Shown here: positions 8,592-18,401 of the stretch, in pieces | Layout of the letters: each line of letters opens with the position of its first letter | How positions within the stretch are numbered: the stretch's first letter is position 1 | IMG/VR virus record: IMGVR_UViG_3300043391_000675 | Location: 26,006-90,005 of that record | Reading direction: 5' to 3' (one strand) | DNA from: a virus | Lineage: Duplodnaviria > Caudoviricetes | Length of the DNA stretch: 64,000 nucleotides | The notes under the pieces: generated by a model | Databases searched by the model: none | Told to the model about the DNA's origin: nothing | Seen by the model: only the letters and a program-made list of their open reading frames with translations | Position numbers and translations under genes: made by a program

Positions 8592-9579
8592 TTTCTTTCC
8601 TTATATCTTCAAGCACTTCTTTATTGTCACGTAAGTACTGTACAGCCTTTGCACGTCCCTGGATTCTTTCTTTATTAATTGTATACCAAGCTCCGCCCTT
8701 TTCAATAGCTCCGCACATCTCTGCAACGTCTAGCGTTTCTCCAACATAATCTATACCGAGAGCTTCCCCTTGGTAGTAAAAGTCGTATTGTCCTGATAAA
8801 TTTGGGGGACCGACCTTGTTGTAATCAATAATCCAATTGACTGGCCTGCCAACTCTTTGTTCAATAATCTTGTCGCCAACTTTAATACCTGCTTTAATAG
8901 CGTTAGCTTCGGCTTCCGAAGACCATAGCTTGACAACGGTAGAGGAGAAGAACTTAACTGCCATTCCGCCCGTGGGTATGTGGCTAGCATGCATAGATCC
9001 AAACTGGTTTCTTTGTTGTGAAATGAGAACAAGTAATGTATTTTTGTTTGCATAATTTAACATTTTGACTGCGTGGGTCATATCCTTTGCTTCTGCGCCG
9101 ATCTGCTTAGTGTCTTGCAAATCTTTCATTTCGTTTCCGTCTTTTTCAAAGTAAATTGCTGGAAGCAATGCTGAAATAGAATCAACTACTATTAGATCTA
9201 CTCCTGCTTCCATAAGCTTTGTTGCAACATCAACCATATCGTTAATGGTTTTAGCTGGTGAATAGATTAGCTCTTTTGAGTTAACCCCAAGCTTTTCTGC
9301 CCACTGAGGATCATAGGAATGCTCAGCATCTATCCAAGCACAAGTCTTTCCTTCTTTTTGGGCAAGTGCTATCATCTGCAAACAAAAAGAAGATTTTCCA
9401 GCAGACTTATTTCCCCATACAAGTATCTGTCTACCGTAAGCAAATCCGCCATTTAGCGCAAGGTTTAAACCGATGCTTGGTGTTGGCTGCTTATGTATTT
9501 GAATATCAACGGCCGATTGAACCCTGGCTCTTGTTTTAGGATCTAGCTTTGCTAAAATATCATCTAATTGAATGTCCAT
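8575..9579 (-). CDS. recA: RecA/UvsX-like recombinase
   Basis: Walker A GNKSAGKS, WIDAEH, IVVDSISAL, TGGMAVKFFSS, KGGAWY. Confidence 0.95.
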   Translation of the reverse strand: MDIQLDDILAKLDPKTRARVQSAVDIQIHKQPTPSIGLNLALNGGFAYGRQILVWGNKSAGKSSFCLQMIALAQKEGKTCAWIDAEHSYDPQWAEKLGVNSKELIYSPAKTINDMVDVATKLMEAGVDLIVVDSISALLPAIYFEKDGNEMKDLQDTKQIGAEAKDMTHAVKMLNYANKNTLLVLISQQRNQFGSMHASHIPTGGMAVKFFSSTVVKLWSSEAEANAIKAGIKVGDKIIEQRVGRPVNWIIDYNKVGPPNLSGQYDFYYQGEALGIDYVGETLDVAEMCGAIEKGGAWYTINKERIQGRAKAVQYLRDNKEVLEDIRKEIDAKN

Positions 9580-9584
9580 GCTAA

Positions 9585-9809
9585 TTAATTGTTAGCCAAT
9601 TCTTCATCAGAATCTGCAGGCTTTGCCTCTAGCTTAAACTCAAATGATCTAGACTCGTCATTGTAAGAAACTGAAAGCTGAGTGTCTTTATCATTAGACT
9701 TAATAAAATCTTCTGTTGGTATCTCAATTGATCCAATTTTATTTAGAATTGCAACTAACACTCTAGATGCGTTCATTGTCTTAAAAATATCTTCTGTGCT
9801 ATCTGTCAT
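9585..9809 (-). CDS. Hypothetical protein
   Basis: 74-aa ORF with ATGA overlap to dnaE stop. Confidence 0.7.
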   Translation of the reverse strand: MTDSTEDIFKTMNASRVLVAILNKIGSIEIPTEDFIKSNDKDTQLSVSYNDESRSFEFKLEAKPADSDEELANN

Positions 9810-12800
9810 TTTACTTCCTTAACCATAAGTGTTCCATCTTCTAAAGTTTTTAGAACTGGTTCGCATATCATTCCTTCTCGCATTTTTGCCAACGATAATG
9901 GGTACATGCTTGAGAATACAATTGCTCTATTTAGATTCTTATCTTTATCTGACAGAACCAGGTGTGCCATAGTCTTGCCAGCTTTTGTTTTGTATGGTGT
10001 ATAGCTTATCACAAACCTTTGATTTTCGTCAATAGGATAAGACTGTGCATACAGGTATTTAACAAAAGCATCTTCAGAGTCTTTATTAATTAAATCAACC
10101 TCTACATATCTAGATATTCTATTGTCACCAACAAGAACAAAATACATTTTGTTTGTTTCTATTTTTGTTTGTTCTATATCAAATAAACCAACTGATCCGC
10201 TCTCATCAACAATCTCAATTCTGGACCAGCCAGCGCCACGCTTTATAGCCTTAGCCATTCCAAACATAACGAACGAGCCCAGCTCTTCAAACTCATCAAT
10301 TGGTCTAGCTTGTGCTTTAATCTTTGGGTCTAAATTAGAAAGGTTAAAGGAAGGTATTCCTAAAAATTCGTAATAAGACTCGGCTTCTTTGCCGCTTCTA
10401 GGGTTATCATCAAAAGCAGCGCCCCCAATAGCGTTAAGAGAAGCAATGGCCCTAGAATTAATGCCGCTACCTTTCTTGGATGCCTTGTCAACAAAGTCTT
10501 TGTAGTTTTCATACGGTCTCTTTTCTATAATTTTATTTGCAATACTGTCTGAAATAAATTTAATCTCTGCTAATCCAAATCTAATTGAATCTTTTTGTAA
10601 TGAAAAGTTTACGTCTGATTCATTTACATGGGGAAGCTTTACTTTAATCCCAAGTCTTTTTGCTTCAATCAAATAACCTGTTCTGGCGTCTTTGTCGCCT
10701 TCGTTTTTGAGGATCGAGAATAAAAATTCCAAAGGATAATAGCACTTAAGCCAAGCGGTATAATAAGAAAGCATAGAATAAGCGACAGCGTGACTACGAT
10801 TGAATGAGTATCCAGCGTGAGCTTCGAATGTTTTCCAGAGGTTGTCTGCTTCTTCTGCGCTGATATGCTTTTTAGCGCCTTGAATAAATTTATCTTTGAA
10901 TGGACTGAGTTCTTTTGCATCTTGCTTTTTACCAATAACCTTTCTAACTTTGTCAGCCTCTGACCAAGTCATTCCTCCTAGGTGTACGCATGCTTGCATA
11001 ACCTGCTCTTGATAGATAATAACTCCATATGTATTTTCTGTAAACGGTTTCATGATTGGATGAATATAATTTACCGCTTCATTACCATGCTTACGCTTAA
11101 TGTAAGAAGCTCCAACTGTATTCATAGCTCCTGGTCTAACCAAAGCATTTGATGCAGCCAAGTCTTCAAACTTATCGACACGCATCTTTATGAGTAGGTT
11201 GGTGTATGGAGTTGCTTCCGCTTGGAATATACCCTTTGTGTAACCATCATTAAAAATCTTATATACATTTTTATCATCTAAAGCGATATCGTAAAGATTT
11301 ATATCCTTACTGTATCTATCTTTAATTGATTTTAAAGTATCAGAGATTACAGATAAAGTCTTAAGACCTAGGGCATCTAGCTTAATAAGACCTATATCTG
11401 CAACCGTATCCATATCGTATGCCACGACTGGAATTCTTCCAGACACATCGTCATTTGCGTCTGCTCTTGATTCTATTGGTGCATACTTTCTTAAATCATC
11501 TTTTGCAACCACAACACCAGCAGCATGAACTCCAACACTTCGAATCTTTCCACGAAGTCTTTCTGCAAGCCAAGTTACCTCTGGATACTTTGCTCTAAAT
11601 TCTTTTGTATTAGGAGAATCCATAAAGTCTTCGAAGGTGTCAATTGATTTCATTGCACGATTAACATCAGATAGGGGCACCATAAACACACGGGCAGCAT
11701 CTCTAATTACACCCTTATCTTTAAAGTAGGTGTATGTGGAAATAGAAGCAACGTGCTTAAACTTCTTCTTTAAATAATCTTTAACTTCTTTACGGCGACG
11801 GTCTTCAAAGTCGGTATCAATATCTGGAAAGTCATTACGCTCAGGGTTAATAAATCGGAAGAAAAGTAGGTCATACTTAATTGGATCTACATCTGTAATG
11901 CCAAGAGCGTAGCAAACCAATGAGCCAGCTGCAGAACCACGTCCTGGACCAACCATAATATTATTTGACTTAGCCCATGTAATCATATCTGCTACAACTA
12001 GGAAATATGAGGCAAATGCTTTATCTTTAATTATAGATAACTCTTCTGCAATTCTATCCAAGTAGACCTGATCTTTGTCTAGGGATAGTCTTTTAAGGCC
12101 TTCTAAGGCCATATCAGACAGTTTCTTGTCAGCATTGGTCTTTGGGATAGGTAGCAGATCTAATCCGCTATGGAAGTCATACTCCTCAATCTTATCAGCA
12201 ATATCCATTGTATTATCATATATATCTGTACGAGTAATGCCTGCCTTATTAAAGTCCGCCTCAATTTCAGACCTACTTTGAATAAATAGATTATAGTCTT
12301 GGAATGATATTCTGCGGTCTGGGTACAAGTAATTAAATCTATCCAGCATATCTGGCATTTGTCTAGACATTTCAAAGTCTGCATCTTTATCCGACTTAGG
12401 AGATGTTGATAGAATAAGCATTGCTTCTTCTAATACTCTATCTTCTTCTTTAGCAAAGTGGGCATCTCCTGTTGCCACCGCTTTAATCTTAAGCTTGTCC
12501 GCTAATTCTAAAAGGGCGGAGTTGATCTCCACAGGGTTATGTGATTGCACTTCCACGTAAAAATCTTGTCCGAAAGTTTGTTTAAAGCTTTTGAGAAGAA
12601 GTTCTGCTTCCTCCATGTTACCTTTATCGATAGCCTTACTAATGAGTCCATTAAGACATCCGCTGAGAACGATAATACCTTCGCTATAATCATTTAAAAC
12701 CTCTCTGTCAATTCTTGGCTTATGATAAAAGCCTTCTGTCCAAGCAAGCTCTTGGAGAGTATTAATATTTTCTAAACCTTTTTTATTTTTAGCTAAAAGA

Positions 12801-13075
12801 ATAATATGATTGTAAGCCTGAATAGACTTATCAGTCTTTGAGGATCTATCAAATCTATCTGTTGGTGAAATGTATGCTTCTACTCCAAGGATCGGCTTAA
12901 TGCCTTGCTCCTTACATGCAATTTGCATGTCACGGTGTGAAGATAATGTTCCGTGGTCAGTAATTGCCAAGGAAGTTTGTCCAGCTTCTTTTGCAGCCTT
13001 TACGAGTTCGGCAGGAGAATTAAGTCCATCCATTAATGAATAGAAAGAATGCACATGCAAATGTGTGAAGTTCAA
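9806..13075 (-). CDS. dnaE: DNA polymerase III alpha subunit (family C), no intein
   Basis: PHP motifs HLHVHSFYSLMDG, ITDHG, TGDAHF; GRGSAAGS, PDIDTDF, GVHAAG, YSFNRSHA; likely TTG start 13075 after GGAG. Confidence 0.97.
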   Translation of the reverse strand: MNFTHLHVHSFYSLMDGLNSPAELVKAAKEAGQTSLAITDHGTLSSHRDMQIACKEQGIKPILGVEAYISPTDRFDRSSKTDKSIQAYNHIILLAKNKKGLENINTLQELAWTEGFYHKPRIDREVLNDYSEGIIVLSGCLNGLISKAIDKGNMEEAELLLKSFKQTFGQDFYVEVQSHNPVEINSALLELADKLKIKAVATGDAHFAKEEDRVLEEAMLILSTSPKSDKDADFEMSRQMPDMLDRFNYLYPDRRISFQDYNLFIQSRSEIEADFNKAGITRTDIYDNTMDIADKIEEYDFHSGLDLLPIPKTNADKKLSDMALEGLKRLSLDKDQVYLDRIAEELSIIKDKAFASYFLVVADMITWAKSNNIMVGPGRGSAAGSLVCYALGITDVDPIKYDLLFFRFINPERNDFPDIDTDFEDRRRKEVKDYLKKKFKHVASISTYTYFKDKGVIRDAARVFMVPLSDVNRAMKSIDTFEDFMDSPNTKEFRAKYPEVTWLAERLRGKIRSVGVHAAGVVVAKDDLRKYAPIESRADANDDVSGRIPVVAYDMDTVADIGLIKLDALGLKTLSVISDTLKSIKDRYSKDINLYDIALDDKNVYKIFNDGYTKGIFQAEATPYTNLLIKMRVDKFEDLAASNALVRPGAMNTVGASYIKRKHGNEAVNYIHPIMKPFTENTYGVIIYQEQVMQACVHLGGMTWSEADKVRKVIGKKQDAKELSPFKDKFIQGAKKHISAEEADNLWKTFEAHAGYSFNRSHAVAYSMLSYYTAWLKCYYPLEFLFSILKNEGDKDARTGYLIEAKRLGIKVKLPHVNESDVNFSLQKDSIRFGLAEIKFISDSIANKIIEKRPYENYKDFVDKASKKGSGINSRAIASLNAIGGAAFDDNPRSGKEAESYYEFLGIPSFNLSNLDPKIKAQARPIDEFEELGSFVMFGMAKAIKRGAGWSRIEIVDESGSVGLFDIEQTKIETNKMYFVLVGDNRISRYVEVDLINKDSEDAFVKYLYAQSYPIDENQRFVISYTPYKTKAGKTMAHLVLSDKDKNLNRAIVFSSMYPLSLAKMREGMICEPVLKTLEDGTLMVKEVK

Positions 13076-13100
13076 CTTAATTCTCCGCCTATACTCTCTG

Positions 13101-13775
13101 TTACCAGTCGACGCTGCTACTGGTTGAAGATGATTCTCTTTCTTCTGGAGATGATTCTCCATTATAAAAAGCTTCTTGCTCTGCGTATGGAACGCTACGA
13201 ACTGCTGTCTTCTCTAAATCAAACAGCTCCACAGAAGAGAAATCAAATGGCTTTTCATCTTTAGCCAAAGGAATGATTGTGTAACTTGTATCTGTTTTAA
13301 GACCGCTACGCTTTACTCTCCACATTAGATTTGAGATGCTTCCCATTTCATTTGCGTATTCAATTAGTGTTGGTGTAATTGTTTTTCCACTTACACCCTG
13401 AGAAAGAATGGCAACATATGGCTCAGTCTTTCCATCATCAACTAATACGTTAATATAAAGACGCTTTCTTGCACCCCATCCAGCTTTTGGATCTTTGCGA
13501 TGCTGTTCTTGAGCCCAGTCACGGCCTTCGTCTTCCATTGTATCTAATGCCTTACGGCGATAATCTTTAGGGTTTGTGTGTTCAATTGCAAAAAATCCGC
13601 AACCCATTTTTTCATTATAGTTTGGTGAATCTGGATCAAGCTCTTGCAAAAAGCGAATCTTTACTGCTTCTCCATCTTCAATCTTTAACCACTTTGCCTT
13701 GCTGTCTTCTGAACTAGTATATGTAACCTTGTCCATTGCCTTTGTCATCCCTGACAAACCTTTTACTATTCCCAT
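13101..13775 (-). CDS. Phage-type ssDNA-binding protein (gp32/gp2.5-like)
   Basis: KWLKIEDGEAVKIRFLQE, RLYINVLV, WRVKRSGLKTDTSYTIIP, acidic/Ser tail; between primase and polymerase; RBS AAGGAG. Confidence 0.65.
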   Translation of the reverse strand: MGIVKGLSGMTKAMDKVTYTSSEDSKAKWLKIEDGEAVKIRFLQELDPDSPNYNEKMGCGFFAIEHTNPKDYRRKALDTMEDEGRDWAQEQHRKDPKAGWGARKRLYINVLVDDGKTEPYVAILSQGVSGKTITPTLIEYANEMGSISNLMWRVKRSGLKTDTSYTIIPLAKDEKPFDFSSVELFDLEKTAVRSVPYAEQEAFYNGESSPEERESSSTSSSVDW

Positions 13776-13833
13776 TTTATTCTCCTTATGTATGTAACGG
13801 TGTATATCCGTTTGTAATCACTTATATTGTTGT

Positions 13834-14823
13834 TTAATTTTTATATTCAAAATTAGATATGGCATTTGTTATGCAGGCTTTAATATCTTCATCAGACATA
13901 TCACCTGCATCTTTTACACCCTCTGGATATATTCTACCATAAGAATGCGATGCCCACAAGATGTTTTTATTACTTAGTTTATATGCAATTGTTGAGCCTA
14001 AATCTCTTCCCGCCTTATCTGCATCAGTCATAATAATAACTGTATTGAAGTATCTATTTAGCAAGTTAAGGTTTTGTCCAGATATGTGGCCCCCAAGTGT
14101 GGCCACAACATTTGGAAACCCAGCCTGATGAACACGAATTGCATCGAAGCTGGACTCCACAACTATAACCCTATCTCCAATTTTTTTGGCACGGTGGATA
14201 TTAAACATAGTTTTGCTTCTTGGCAAGTCTTTGCTATTCTTAAACCTTTTATCTGATATAGATCTACCAACTACACCGACTGGAACTCCATCTGGGCTAT
14301 GTACTGGAACAGTTATCATATCCATATTTTCAGAATACCCTAATGAAAAATGTTCAATTGATTGTAAATCAATACCACGTGATTTTAAATACTCTTTTGC
14401 TTTGTCGCTTCCGACTAATCCATTATATAAACTTTTTAATGTCTCATCTGGAAATTCAACAAAGTCTGGCTTATCCTCTAGAATGTCTTTAAGAGATTCA
14501 TCAAAGTTTTCTAGGGCCTCAGATTGTTTTGATTCAATATACCTCAAAGATTGGAACTCATTTTTATTTAAAATCTTTTTTACTAGATCGCTTAGAGTAC
14601 CTGCTTCTCCACAAGAAGGATTAAAGCATAGGTAGGCCCCTTTTGTTTTGCTTACGCTAAAGCTTGAGGTATGTCTATTGGAATGAAATGGGCAGTATGC
14701 TAGGTAATCATTAGATGTTTCACCCACCATATCTATTCCAAGGCTTTGGATTATTGATTTGATATGGACGGGGCTATACTCCGAGCTATCAACTTGCCTT
14801 GAGTTATACCCTCTAATTGCCAT
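13834..14823 (-). CDS. dnaG: DNA primase
   Basis: CHC2 finger CPFH...CFNPSC, TOPRIM VESSFDA and MTDADKAG; likely start 14823. Confidence 0.92.
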   Translation of the reverse strand: MAIRGYNSRQVDSSEYSPVHIKSIIQSLGIDMVGETSNDYLAYCPFHSNRHTSSFSVSKTKGAYLCFNPSCGEAGTLSDLVKKILNKNEFQSLRYIESKQSEALENFDESLKDILEDKPDFVEFPDETLKSLYNGLVGSDKAKEYLKSRGIDLQSIEHFSLGYSENMDMITVPVHSPDGVPVGVVGRSISDKRFKNSKDLPRSKTMFNIHRAKKIGDRVIVVESSFDAIRVHQAGFPNVVATLGGHISGQNLNLLNRYFNTVIIMTDADKAGRDLGSTIAYKLSNKNILWASHSYGRIYPEGVKDAGDMSDEDIKACITNAISNFEYKN

Positions 14824-15050
14824 GCCTTCTTCTTTCCTACGTATATACCATGAAGAGTCATTAAGAATCTCCACGTTTCTCCAGTAAACTCTATTGAGAA
14901 AGCTGGGTCAACATCTAACACCCTGATATACCCTTTGCCACGCATATCTTGAACTAACAAGTTTTCGTACTGTGGTCTTAAACTTATTAACTGTGCGTTA
15001 TCATAAAATTCAACCTGTATTTGAAACCTTTTTATATTTCTATGGGTCAC
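14751..15050 (-). CDS. Hypothetical protein between helicase and primase
   Basis: 99-aa ORF, GTGA overlap with dnaB stop. Confidence 0.7.
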   Translation of the reverse strand: MTHRNIKRFQIQVEFYDNAQLISLRPQYENLLVQDMRGKGYIRVLDVDPAFSIEFTGETWRFLMTLHGIYVGKKKAWQLEGITQGKLIARSIAPSISNQ

Positions 15051-16282
15051 TTGCTCAACTCTGGTAAGTCTTCATAGATTGGGGTAATAATTCCTCTATT
15101 AATGTCCCAGTCAAGGAAGAATCTAAAATCGTGACCGTGCCTATTTTTTCTAGATACAATCTCAATCAAATCTGTATTAGCATGCTTATGGATAGCAATG
15201 GCCATATCGGCATCATATTCAATAGCCTTTGACCATGCAACCTGACTCATCATCGGTGGCTCTTTTTGATCTGAAATATCATCTGCTGTAGCAGCAGTAA
15301 TATCAATAATAGGAATTCCATTTGTTACAGCTAATAACTTAAAGTCTCTTGAAATATTTCTATTTCTTTCAACTTCAGAATTGCTTCGCTTATTATCATT
15401 AAACAGCTGATGATAATCAAGAATAACTAAGTCTGGTTTATGCTGATCAATCTTGCCCTGAATAGTTGCTGGAGTTACTTCTCCTGCACCCTCGTTTGAA
15501 ACAAGAATGAAACTGTTCTTACCCTCAGTCTTTTTCTTTCCCCATGTTTTAAAATCGTCAATGTTAATGTCACCCTTAGACAAATCGCTTGCTCTAAATA
15601 AACCAGAACCAAGCATTGTATAAATTCTATCTCGCATATTCTCTGGTGCCATTTCAAGAGAGACAATCATTGGCTTAAAACCTTGCTCCCAAGCTTTACA
15701 AGCAAGGTACGACGTAAACCAAGTCTTACCGCGACCTGGCCAACCAATTGCGACAATAAGATGTCCTGGAGCCATTCCAGTTGGGTATGCTTTATCAATT
15801 GCATCAAAGCCCGTTAAGATTCCTGGGCTTCCGCCCATTGCTAAAGATCTAGTTCTTACTGACTCATAGTGTCTTTCTGCTGAATCTAAATCTGTTATGT
15901 CTAGGTCTTTAACATTGTTTGTGTACCTACTTAAGTTTGCAAGTTGCGATTGCATTGTTCCAAGCACTCTAGACGGAGCATCTTCTTTTAAAGATGAGCC
16001 AGCCTGCATAAGAATTGTCTTTAGCTTATTTCCTACAAATTCATTCTTTAGCTTATCTAGATAATAACCAGTCTCTCCTTTTGTTTCAACTGGCTCAAAA
16101 TCTTTAAACTTATCCTTTAATATTGAAGCTTCTGGTACTGCTCTAAACTTATAATAGTATGACTTAAGGCCATCCCAAATATCCTTATGAGATACAAATA
16201 GGTCGTCTGAATTATCGGCAAGGATAGTGCTTATATCTTTATTCTTACAAACTGCTGAAATTAGTTCGGCTTCTGTATTCAT
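15047..16282 (-). CDS. dnaB: DnaB-like replicative helicase
   Basis: GWPGRGKT, VSLEM, VILDYHQL, IEYDAD, KNRHG. Confidence 0.93.
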   Translation of the reverse strand: MNTEAELISAVCKNKDISTILADNSDDLFVSHKDIWDGLKSYYYKFRAVPEASILKDKFKDFEPVETKGETGYYLDKLKNEFVGNKLKTILMQAGSSLKEDAPSRVLGTMQSQLANLSRYTNNVKDLDITDLDSAERHYESVRTRSLAMGGSPGILTGFDAIDKAYPTGMAPGHLIVAIGWPGRGKTWFTSYLACKAWEQGFKPMIVSLEMAPENMRDRIYTMLGSGLFRASDLSKGDINIDDFKTWGKKKTEGKNSFILVSNEGAGEVTPATIQGKIDQHKPDLVILDYHQLFNDNKRSNSEVERNRNISRDFKLLAVTNGIPIIDITAATADDISDQKEPPMMSQVAWSKAIEYDADMAIAIHKHANTDLIEIVSRKNRHGHDFRFFLDWDINRGIITPIYEDLPELSK

Positions 16283-16596
16283 TAGTTATCCTCAACCATT
16301 CTTTTAGTCTCTTGCAACAGACGGCTTCTGTTAATTTTATCTTCTTTAATCTGAATCATCATATTTTCTATTCGATCAAAGTTGTTGTAAAAAAAATTAA
16401 GCGGGTGCCTATTCTTTCCAGTTTTAAAGTAATACTCTAACACATCTTTAGATCTATCAAACCCTATGCTATCTATGACATCTTGCATAGCCCATTTTTC
16501 TTTGTACCTATTAATGGTTGGCTTTGTTTTATAAGCCTCCTCATATAAATTAGAATATAAAGAAAGAAGAATGTAGGGTTCTTTATTTACTGCCAC
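16282..16596 (-). CDS. Hypothetical protein upstream of helicase
   Basis: 104-aa ORF coupled to dnaB. Confidence 0.7.
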   Translation of the reverse strand: MAVNKEPYILLSLYSNLYEEAYKTKPTINRYKEKWAMQDVIDSIGFDRSKDVLEYYFKTGKNRHPLNFFYNNFDRIENMMIQIKEDKINRSRLLQETKRMVEDN

Positions 16597-16792
16597 GCAA
16601 TTCCTCTTCTACTTCTTGTGTCTTTTGTATTAGCTTATCTTCAACAAACTTATATACTCTATCTGCTGCGGCATCGACTGTTTCACCTTCTCTAACAAAA
16701 TCGTCTACGCCAATACCGATTTTGATGCTCTCAAAATTACCGAGGTTGCGTGTAAAAGATAAGTCTACTCTAACTTGAGTTCCTTTTTCCAT
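16583..16792 (-). CDS. Hypothetical protein
   Basis: 69-aa ORF in coupled gene chain. Confidence 0.7.
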   Translation of the reverse strand: MEKGTQVRVDLSFTRNLGNFESIKIGIGVDDFVREGETVDAAADRVYKFVEDKLIQKTQEVEEELRGSK

Positions 16793-16899
16793 TAGTGCTC
16801 AGCCTTTCTATGTCTGCTTAAACTGTCATGAGCAAAGATGCCCCAACGTAATTCTATCTCTTTCTTGCATATGTCACAGACTACTACCCTGTTAGACAT
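16792..16899 (-). CDS. Small C2H2-type Zn-finger-like peptide (35 aa; not in ORF track)
   Basis: MSNRVVVCDICKKEIELRWGIFAHDSLSRHRKAEH; TAATG overlaps at both ends. Confidence 0.7.
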   Translation of the reverse strand: MSNRVVVCDICKKEIELRWGIFAHDSLSRHRKAEH

Positions 16900-17381
16900 T
16901 ATTCTGCTTTCCATACTGGTACAAAATTTCCTTCATTGGTCTTAGTATACAATATAGTGTTGTGTTTGAGAAGAGCTCTCATCTCATTCTTTGATGGCAT
17001 ATCCTTAGAGTATCCTGATTCTAATATAAACTCATGTATGTCCATAATGTCCGATTCACTATACATAAACTTATACCAAGTACTATCTGGATTACCTATT
17101 GGATATACTTTCTGAGGATATCTTATCTTCCCGTCCAAAATATAATCTTCTATGGTGACCTTATGCTTACCAAGCATTTGAGCTACTTGACTAGTTGAAT
17201 ATGCATTCTCCATAGTTTTTAAAACTTGTGAATAGGAATAAAGCAATCTTTTTTTATCTGGATAGCACCAAGCAACCATTTGGTCTTTAGATCTTGAATG
17301 ACTTAATACTTTATGTATCTTGTTATTTAAGAAGAAATACCGAATGCTTTTAACTGAATTTTTTCTCTTTTTTCTAACCAT
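16899..17381 (-). CDS. MerR/excisionase-like HTH protein
   Basis: YSTSQVAQMLGKHKVTIEDYILDGKI...YSESDI. Confidence 0.65.
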   Translation of the reverse strand: MVRKKRKNSVKSIRYFFLNNKIHKVLSHSRSKDQMVAWCYPDKKRLLYSYSQVLKTMENAYSTSQVAQMLGKHKVTIEDYILDGKIRYPQKVYPIGNPDSTWYKFMYSESDIMDIHEFILESGYSKDMPSKNEMRALLKHNTILYTKTNEGNFVPVWKAE

Positions 17382-17515
17382 TTACCTAGTGCACTCGTAT
17401 CCTTATTAATCATCCATCTTTTACCGCACATCATGCAGAAAAGCTCTACGTGTAGTTTTTGTGAAAATACCCTATCAACAAAAACTCTTCCTTGGCATTT
17501 ACTACATTTCATCAT
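17327..17515 (-). CDS. Zn-ribbon protein
   Basis: CSKC...CMMCG. Confidence 0.65.
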   Translation of the reverse strand: MMKCSKCQGRVFVDRVFSQKLHVELFCMMCGKRWMINKDTSALGKWLEKREKIQLKAFGISS

Positions 17516-18312
17516 AGTGTAAATAGCTTCCCATCAACAACACATGAATAGTCTGGTGCCACATGAATCATCTGAATATGTGGATAGTCATTTACAATAT
17601 GTGCAATAGCAAAACCTTTTTGCCAATCGTGGTGCTGCATATATTTCATACCTGGTCCTTTTTCATCACACATATGTCCAAGCTCATACCCACGAAGAGT
17701 TTCTCCCTCGCCACCATTTCTTAGTTCATATGTTACAAGGTGCGAAGCAATTCTATGAGAGTGCCCTCTGATTAAAGATACCTGTAAGTCTTCCATGTCT
17801 TTACGAACAGATCCAGTTGATGCAATTGAAAGTCCATGGTGTACATGTATGTCTCCAAATCGTCGTTTAGGCAATTCGTTATAATGAATGTATTCGTAAC
17901 CTAGTGAATCTAATCCCCACAGTGCTTCTGCAGTAACTTCATTAATATAGTCGGGAAGTTTTGCATCCACATAGTTAAAAATTCTAACATCATGGTTTCC
18001 TAATGCTGAAAAAAGTTGAGCTTCTGGAAGCATCTCTCGTGTCTTTGTATAAAAATCTCTAGCGCCTTTTGCTTCATGGCGCATCATTGGAACAATAAGA
18101 TCTCTACTGTCAGTCTTGTGAAGGTTTAAAAATTCTGCTGATCTTCCTTCTGTGTACTTGCTATAACAGGCCTGATCATCCGTATCGCCAAGGTAGTCAA
18201 CGACGTCTGGCTTAAACCACTTAATGACCTTAAACCATAGTGCAATCATTTTATCATCTTGATACGGGAACTGCTGGTCGGATGAAATCATCCACTTTAA
18301 ATCGTTGCTCAT
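17512..18312 (-). CDS. Calcineurin-like metallophosphoesterase
   Basis: SDQQ, LGDTDD, GNHD, HHG, GHSH motifs. Confidence 0.88.
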   Translation of the reverse strand: MSNDLKWMISSDQQFPYQDDKMIALWFKVIKWFKPDVVDYLGDTDDQACYSKYTEGRSAEFLNLHKTDSRDLIVPMMRHEAKGARDFYTKTREMLPEAQLFSALGNHDVRIFNYVDAKLPDYINEVTAEALWGLDSLGYEYIHYNELPKRRFGDIHVHHGLSIASTGSVRKDMEDLQVSLIRGHSHRIASHLVTYELRNGGEGETLRGYELGHMCDEKGPGMKYMQHHDWQKGFAIAHIVNDYPHIQMIHVAPDYSCVVDGKLFTL

Positions 18313-18333
18313 TAAAACCCTTAATATATATAA

Positions 18334-18353
18334 AAGCCACGATATCGTGGCTT
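18334..18353. terminator. Perfect 20-bp palindrome: terminator, attenuator or operator
   Basis: AAGCCACGATATCGTGGCTT; followed on the minus strand by TTATATAT. Confidence 0.55.
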
Positions 18354-18365
18354 AATGTTATAGTA

Positions 18366-18393
18366 ATTGTAACATATTAAACTGGTGTGTCAA
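18366..18393 (-). promoter_or_regulatory. Strong sigma70-type promoter for the replication module
   Basis: TTGACA-16 nt-TACAAT with extended -10 TGn. Confidence 0.65.
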
Positions 18394-18401
18394 TAGTAAT
18401 G

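Noticed and set aside
9806-13162. Track start sites for dnaE (13162), ssb (8120), primase (14874), major tail (41711) and several others
   Set aside because: These extensions overlap upstream genes; downstream starts fit RBS position and domain boundaries better.
13790-13815. Small hairpin AACGG-ATATACA-CCGTT between primase and phage SSB
   Set aside because: A 5-bp stem is expected by chance and has no clear terminator tail.
2686-16282. Inteins, introns or homing endonucleases in terL, recA, dnaE or dnaB
   Set aside because: Lengths and motif spacing are normal, and no intein or LAGLIDADG/HNH insert is visible.
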